Assembly (NCBI GenBank): GCA_025457915.1
Contig: JALOTL010000017.1
Location: 4,718 to 68,717 of the forward strand
From: Spirochaetota bacterium
GTDB taxonomy: Bacteria > Spirochaetota > UBA4802 > UBA5550
Reading direction: 5' to 3'
DNA: 64,000 nt
The translations under genes were made by a program, and so were the position numbers. The notes below the pieces were generated by a model that ran no database searches, was not told where the DNA came from, and was given only the letters and a program-made list of their open reading frames with translations. Positions within the stretch are counted from its first letter, which is position 1, and each line of letters opens with the position of its first letter. Of the stretch, positions 57,723 to 64,000 are shown one piece after another.

Positions 57723-58683
57723 TACGAACCTTTTTGGATGCCTTGATCAGCCTGTCCATTATCGCCAGGCCCAGGCCTTTTTCGGGAACGGCCTCGGCAA
57801 GTATAATTTTCTTTCCGGATTTGTCAAGCCTGTGAAGGCACGAAAAAAGCCTGGATGCCGCAACGAGCAGGTCTCCGTCGTCGGAAAGGATTTCGGCCGA
57901 TTCAGGGGGATATGGAAAACAGGGTTTTTTAAAAAACAGGAACCCCGCGTTTTTTATTTCCAGGTCTTCCTCATCTATTGCTTCAACGATCCTGACGGGG
58001 GAATCCGGCGAATAATGGTACGGGAGCTGGCCCGGTGATTCAACGTCCGGCCCGGCACCCGATTCGACCGGTCCGATAAGGTCCATTATCTCCTCCATCT
58101 CCAGCCCTCCGGGCCTGAGAAGCGTCACGCTATCACCCTGTATCTTCAGCACGGTGGATTCAACGCCGACCCTGCATGCGCCTCCGTCGAGTATCATGTC
58201 TATCCTGCCGCCGAGCTGGACCATCACGTGTTCCGCTTTCGTCGGGCTCAGGTACCCGAAGGGATTGGCGCTGGGAGCGGCTATCGGAACGCCGGAAAAA
58301 TCGATCAGGTCAAGCGCCACCCTGTGGTCCGGGATCCTTATCGCCACCGTTGGCAGCCCTGCCGTAACTATGTCCGGGACGATCCCGGATTTAGGGAGAA
58401 CGATGGTCAGGGGTCCCGGCCAAAACCTTTCGGCCAGCAGCCGGGCCTTGTCCGGGAACCCATCAACCAGTCCGGAAGCCATGCCGATATTCGAAACATG
58501 CACTATGAGCGGGTCAAAAAAAGGCCTGCCCTTCACCTCGAATATCCTTGCCACGGCCATCGGGTTCATGGAGTCGGCACCGAGCCCGTAAACAGTTTCG
58601 GTTGGAAATGAAACCAGGCCCCCCGAGCGTATGAATTCCGCCGCGCGTCTAATGCCGGATTCGTCCGGCTGTGATAGAATCAT
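57709..58683 (-). CDS. tsaC: L-threonylcarbamoyladenylate synthase (Sua5/YrdC with a Sua5 C-terminal domain)
   Basis: The YrdC core VSFPTETVYGLGAD...PSANPFG is present with a C-terminal Sua5 domain, and the length is 324 aa. Confidence 0.85.
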   Translation of the reverse strand: MILSQPDESGIRRAAEFIRSGGLVSFPTETVYGLGADSMNPMAVARIFEVKGRPFFDPLIVHVSNIGMASGLVDGFPDKARLLAERFWPGPLTIVLPKSGIVPDIVTAGLPTVAIRIPDHRVALDLIDFSGVPIAAPSANPFGYLSPTKAEHVMVQLGGRIDMILDGGACRVGVESTVLKIQGDSVTLLRPGGLEMEEIMDLIGPVESGAGPDVESPGQLPYHYSPDSPVRIVEAIDEEDLEIKNAGFLFFKKPCFPYPPESAEILSDDGDLLVAASRLFSCLHRLDKSGKKIILAEAVPEKGLGLAIMDRLIKASKKVRNETE

Positions 58684-58740
58684 TGTTTATCCGGTAAATT
58701 TATAAGTAATGGATGATCATAATAAAATATCGTTTTATTC

Positions 58741-58850
58741 CTGCCACAGGCGTAAATAATGATCAAAACGGCCTTTTAAAATGTATATAATGAAAAAGCC
58801 GTTTTGGTGACCGCCTGAACTCAAAAAAATATACTTTATTAAATCAGGCA
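58741..58850 (+). repeat. AT-rich hairpin repeat module related to the internal insertion of MITE copy A
   Basis: TTTTAAAATG...ATGAAAAAGCCGTTTTGGTGACCGCC matches TTTTAAAATGAAAAAGCTGGTTTTTGTGACTGCC at 20428-20460. Small AAAAnGCCGTTTT hairpins are present, and AAATCAGG follows at about 58838. Confidence 0.5.
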
Positions 58851-59047
58851 ATAATAATTTAATACATGGTCGGAACGAATATTGTTATATTTATCAATAA
58901 ACGAAAATGATGCCGTTTTTAAAATATAATCCAGATTTCGCTTTATATTTTGCATCGATGGCGGGAACAGTTGACAGCGAGGTTCATTTTTTATACGGTA
59001 AAAACATGACCGTCATCCCGTCATAAGCAAACACCTTCGGAGAGATT

Positions 59048-61633
59048 ATGCAAGCCATTGTAAAAGCAAGCACCGGTTTCGAAAGCCTTGACGCCACCCT
59101 CAACGATCTCCAGCTGGGGGACAACGTGGTATGGCAGGTGGAAAGCATAGAAGATTACAAAATTTTCGTGTCCCCGTATATCCTTCACGCAATAAAGGAA
59201 AACAGAAGAATCATCTACATGAGGTTCGCGAACCATGAGCCGCTTCTCCAAAAAAACAGCAGCATAGCAGTATATGAACTCAACGCCCAGTCCGGGTTCG
59301 AATTATTTTCCAAGCAGGTTTTCGAAATAATAAAAGAAATGGGCGAGGAGGCCTTTTACGTCTTCGACTGCCTGTCGGACCTCCTCAGCGCCTGGGCGAC
59401 AGACCTGATGATCGGAAATTTCTTCGTCATCACCTGCCCGCACCTTTACGAGCTCAGGACCCTCGCCTATTTCGCTATAATGAGAAACAGCCACGACTTC
59501 AAGACCATAGCCAGGATCAGGGAAACGACCCAGGTGCTCATTGACGTTTACAATCTCGAAGGGACCATATACGTTCATCCCCTCAAGGTCCTCAACAGGT
59601 ACTCTCCGACAATGTTTTTCCCCCATCTAAAAAAAACCGAGAATTTTACCCCGATAACCAGCAGCGCGGACGCCGCCGGATTCATAAATCACATTCAAAA
59701 GATCGGGGTAGAGGGGTCCAGGAGAAACCTCGACTTCTGGGACAGGCTCTTCCTGCATGTCGAGGACACCGTCTCGAACTCAACCGATGCCGGGGAAAAA
59801 ACGAAGATGCTGGACCAGCTCAACAGGGTCATCATAGGCAGGGAGGAAAGGATCCTTGAAATCGCCAGGAAGAACCTGTCGCTCGAGGATTTCATGCTCA
59901 TCAACGACAGGATGATAGGCACCGGGTACATAGGCGGCAAATCGGTAGGGATGATACTCTCCAGGAAAATACTCGAGCACGACAAGAGCGGCGAATGGGA
60001 CAGTATACTCGAGCCGCACGATTCCTACTACATAGGGTCAGACGTCTTCCATACGTACATAATCCAGAACGGATGGTGGAAGCTCTTCATGGAGCAAAAG
60101 ACCACAGAGGGCTATTTCAGCGCCGCTGAAAAGCTGCGCGGGATGATGATGAACGGCAACTTCCCCGACGAGATAAAGGAGCAGTTCCAGCAGCTGATAG
60201 AGTACTTCGGCCAGTCGCCATTCATCGTGCGGTCCAGCAGCCTTCTTGAAGACGCCTACGGCAACGCCTTCGCGGGAAAATACGAGAGCGTCTTCTGCGT
60301 CAACCAGGGCTCGCCCCAGAAGCGGTACCAGGAACTGACCCAGGCGGTGAGGACGGTATACGCAAGCACGATGAACGAGGACGCCCTTGCCTACCGGCTC
60401 CAGCGCGGGCTGTACAATATGGACGAACAGATGGCGCTCCTGGTCCAGAGGGTCTCGGGAAAATACCGCGATCACTATTTTTTCCCGGACGCGGCCGGGG
60501 TCGGTCTTTCGTACAACACATACGTCTGGAACAATACCATGGACCCCGGGGCGGGAATGATAAGGATCGTGTTCGGCCTCGGCACAAGGGCGGTTGAACG
60601 GGTTGAAGGGGATTACCCGAGGATAGCGGCCCTTGACCAGCCCATGCTCAGGCCGCTCTCCAGTCCGGATGAAATAAAAAAATTCTCCCAGAAGGACGTG
60701 GACGTCCTCAACATCAGGGAAAACAGGATACAGACCCTCCCGTTCATGAAACTGAGGTCCGAGCTGCCGGATATGGACCTGGAAAAAATCACCGAGCTCG
60801 ACATGGATGCGCTGAGGAAAATGGAGGAAATGAAGATTGATGGGGACAGGCCCTGGGTGATAAACTTCGACAGGCTTCTCTCCGAAAACAGGTTCCCGGA
60901 ATCGATGAAAAGGATGATGAAAAAACTCGAAAGCGAATACAGGTATCCCGTCGATATCGAATTCACGCTGAATTTCACCGCGGACAAAAGCTACAGGATA
61001 AATCTCCTTCAGTGCAGGCCCTACCAGGCCAGGGGCCTGCAGACCCAGGTCGACGTCCCGACGGACATCCCGGACAGCCGCGTATTCTTCAAAACCGACG
61101 GTAGTTTCCTGGGGGGAGGAATATCCCAGAAAATCAGGAGTATCATATACGTCGACCCCCTGCAGTACGGGAAGCTCCCGATATCCGGCAAGTACGATGT
61201 CGCGAGGCTGATAGGCAAACTCAATAAAATGATCAGCGACAGAAACGCCCTCCCGACGCTCCTGATCGGGCCGGGCAGGTGGGGCACTACCACTCCATCC
61301 CTCGGGGTACCGGTCAGGTTTTCGGAGATCAACAACATCAGCATCCTTGTGGAGATAGCCCAGATGAGGGACAACATCATGCCCGAACTGTCTTACGGCA
61401 CCCATTTTTTCCAGGACCTTGTCGAAACGGACATCTTTTACGTCGCGCTGTTCCCTGAAAAAGAGGGCGCGAGCTTCAACCGGGACATCATGGGCCGGTA
61501 CCCCGAGGTGCTGTGCGCCCTGATCCCGGAATGCCTTGCCTACAAGGACACGGTGCTGGTTTACGAAATCCCCGCGGACGGGATGAGCATAATGGCGGAT
61601 ATATCCCGGCAGAAACTCATCTGCTTTGTCTGA
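59048..61633 (+). CDS. PEP/pyruvate-binding (PPDK_N, ATP-grasp) domain protein with a roughly 290-aa uncharacterised N-terminal domain
   Basis: GTGYIGGKSVGM begins the PPDK_N nucleotide-binding domain at about residue 290, followed by the ATP-grasp core. No C-terminal phosphohistidine swivel domain is evident. The length is 861 aa. Confidence 0.6.
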   Translation: MQAIVKASTGFESLDATLNDLQLGDNVVWQVESIEDYKIFVSPYILHAIKENRRIIYMRFANHEPLLQKNSSIAVYELNAQSGFELFSKQVFEIIKEMGEEAFYVFDCLSDLLSAWATDLMIGNFFVITCPHLYELRTLAYFAIMRNSHDFKTIARIRETTQVLIDVYNLEGTIYVHPLKVLNRYSPTMFFPHLKKTENFTPITSSADAAGFINHIQKIGVEGSRRNLDFWDRLFLHVEDTVSNSTDAGEKTKMLDQLNRVIIGREERILEIARKNLSLEDFMLINDRMIGTGYIGGKSVGMILSRKILEHDKSGEWDSILEPHDSYYIGSDVFHTYIIQNGWWKLFMEQKTTEGYFSAAEKLRGMMMNGNFPDEIKEQFQQLIEYFGQSPFIVRSSSLLEDAYGNAFAGKYESVFCVNQGSPQKRYQELTQAVRTVYASTMNEDALAYRLQRGLYNMDEQMALLVQRVSGKYRDHYFFPDAAGVGLSYNTYVWNNTMDPGAGMIRIVFGLGTRAVERVEGDYPRIAALDQPMLRPLSSPDEIKKFSQKDVDVLNIRENRIQTLPFMKLRSELPDMDLEKITELDMDALRKMEEMKIDGDRPWVINFDRLLSENRFPESMKRMMKKLESEYRYPVDIEFTLNFTADKSYRINLLQCRPYQARGLQTQVDVPTDIPDSRVFFKTDGSFLGGGISQKIRSIIYVDPLQYGKLPISGKYDVARLIGKLNKMISDRNALPTLLIGPGRWGTTTPSLGVPVRFSEINNISILVEIAQMRDNIMPELSYGTHFFQDLVETDIFYVALFPEKEGASFNRDIMGRYPEVLCALIPECLAYKDTVLVYEIPADGMSIMADISRQKLICFV

Positions 61634-61720
61634 AACAGCGATTCACCGTAATTCAAATTTGAATACTAATCAGACATTACGATCATGTAAAAAAACCGTT
61701 TGATTGTTACAAACATGTAA

Positions 61721-63199
<1,479 letters not shown>

Positions 63200-63231
63200 A
63201 ACGAATTTTTATTGGTCAAACGATAAGGAAT

Positions 63232-63262
63232 AAAAAGGCTGTTGTAAAACAGCCTTTTTATT
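63232..63262 (+). terminator. Rho-independent terminator after gdhA
   Basis: AAAAAGGCTGTT gtaa AACAGCCTTTTTATT. Confidence 0.8.
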
Positions 63263-63540
63263 CTGAATCAAAATGCCGTATCGATCAACATACTGGAGCT
63301 GATCAACGCTTAAAAGACTCCAATACCGGGTTAATTTTCACAAGCTCAATTGACTCAACATTGCTGATATCCCCAAATCAACAGAAAGAATTCATGCCCG
63401 GAGTTTTAGTTTGAAAAACTATGGAGAAAAACGGACAAAAAAACCCGATCCATGTTGGAAAAAATACTGGACTTATATATTATTAATAAAATCGTTCAAT
63501 CGAACGGCCTCACGGTCAACCCGTCAGGTTCTCTAACTGA

Positions 63541-63657
63541 ATTATGGGCACCTCTTAAATGAAATTTTTCATTATAAAACCACTGAAAAAAACTAATTTA
63601 AACATTGAAAGTGCCCACAAGGGAACATCCTGATTTGATTATTAGAGGTTCCCTTAT
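63541..63657 (+). repeat. MITE-like structured intergenic repeat, copy D (compact form)
   Basis: ATTATGGGCACCTCTTAAATGAAATTTTTCATTATAAAACCACTGAAAAAAACTAATTTAAACATTGAAAGTGCCCACAAGGGAACATCCTGATTTGATTATTAGAGGTTCCCTTAT. The ends are inverted (GGGCACCTCT / AGAGGTTCCC). Confidence 0.7.
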
Positions 63658-63699
63658 GTTTTTTTACAAAAATGATCTTTAAGATCAGCGGGAGAAAAA

Positions 63700-64000
63700 A
63701 ATGCACGTCATACATTCCAACGACCTGATAAAACCGACACTCGGGAAAATGATAGTCGATGCCCCCTACATTGCCGCTTATAGAAAAGCGGGCCAGTTTA
63801 TAATACTCAGGATCAACGAATTCGGGGAAAGGATCCCCCTTACGATTGTCGACTCCGATAAAGATAAGGGCACCATAACCCTGTTCTACCAGATCGTCGG
63901 TAAAACGACCGATCTGCTCTCGCGGCTTAAAAAGGGCGAAAGCCTGCTCGACATCGCGGGACCGCTCGGCCACCCGACGGAAATCCGCAAATACGGCACG
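63700..64000 (+). CDS. FAD/NAD(P)-binding oxidoreductase subunit (PyrK / sulfide-dehydrogenase / NfnA-like), 3' truncated by the window edge
   Basis: MHVIHSNDLIKPTLGKMIVDAPYIAAYRKAGQFIILRINEFGERIPLTI is the FAD-binding beta-barrel N-terminus of the PyrK-like family. The ORF runs off the window end. Confidence 0.5.

Noticed and set aside
63593-63973. A minus-strand ORF of 126 aa
   Set aside because: It overlaps the start of the PyrK-like plus-strand gene and MITE copy D and has no motifs, so I treat it as spurious.

Overview
This is a 64 kb chromosomal segment with GC around 55-60%. From gene content (class III ribonucleotide reductase, catalase-peroxidase, flavodoxin/ferredoxin proteins) I infer an anaerobic bacterium, possibly Desulfobacterota-like. 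Most of the window is core metabolism and housekeeping. The recognisable genes are nrdD and nrdG, two NMO-family flavin oxidoreductases flanking a PadR regulator, an enoyl-CoA hydratase divergent from a 2,4-dienoyl-CoA-reductase-like flavoenzyme, a membrane GAF class III nucleotidyl cyclase, a histidine kinase with a LuxR-type response regulator, fadD, and N-end-rule components (aat, then clpS-clpA-bpt). Further along are amtB-glnK, sppA, tmk, tsaC and gdhA. An accessory segment from about 23.1 to 36.0 kb is a GC mosaic: low-GC cargo genes interleaved with high-GC genes including katG. It carries a four-member paralog family of membrane proteins with a conserved C-terminal zinc ribbon, a pRiA4b ORF-3-like gene, and no recognisable transposase or integrase. 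The most unusual feature is a family of structured, AT-rich intergenic repeats that look like miniature inverted-repeat elements (MITEs). They share the terminal repeat ATTATGGGAACCTCTA / TAGAGGTTCCCTTAT. There are four clear copies, each 40-170 bp upstream of a plus-strand gene and in the same orientation, and a fifth related hairpin module. Two copies bracket a PadR / cyclic-nucleotide-binding / CheY cassette. Other noteworthy items are an NrdD whose glycyl-radical domain sits on a separate small ORF behind a terminator-like hairpin, a J-domain protein with a C-terminal Mrr-like nuclease fold, a 116 bp tandem duplication carrying a frameshifted relic of an AEC transporter N-terminus, and a nested palindromic operator upstream of marR. 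I found no rRNA, tRNA, CRISPR array or transposase. All calls rest on reading the sequence and remembered family signatures; no database search was run.
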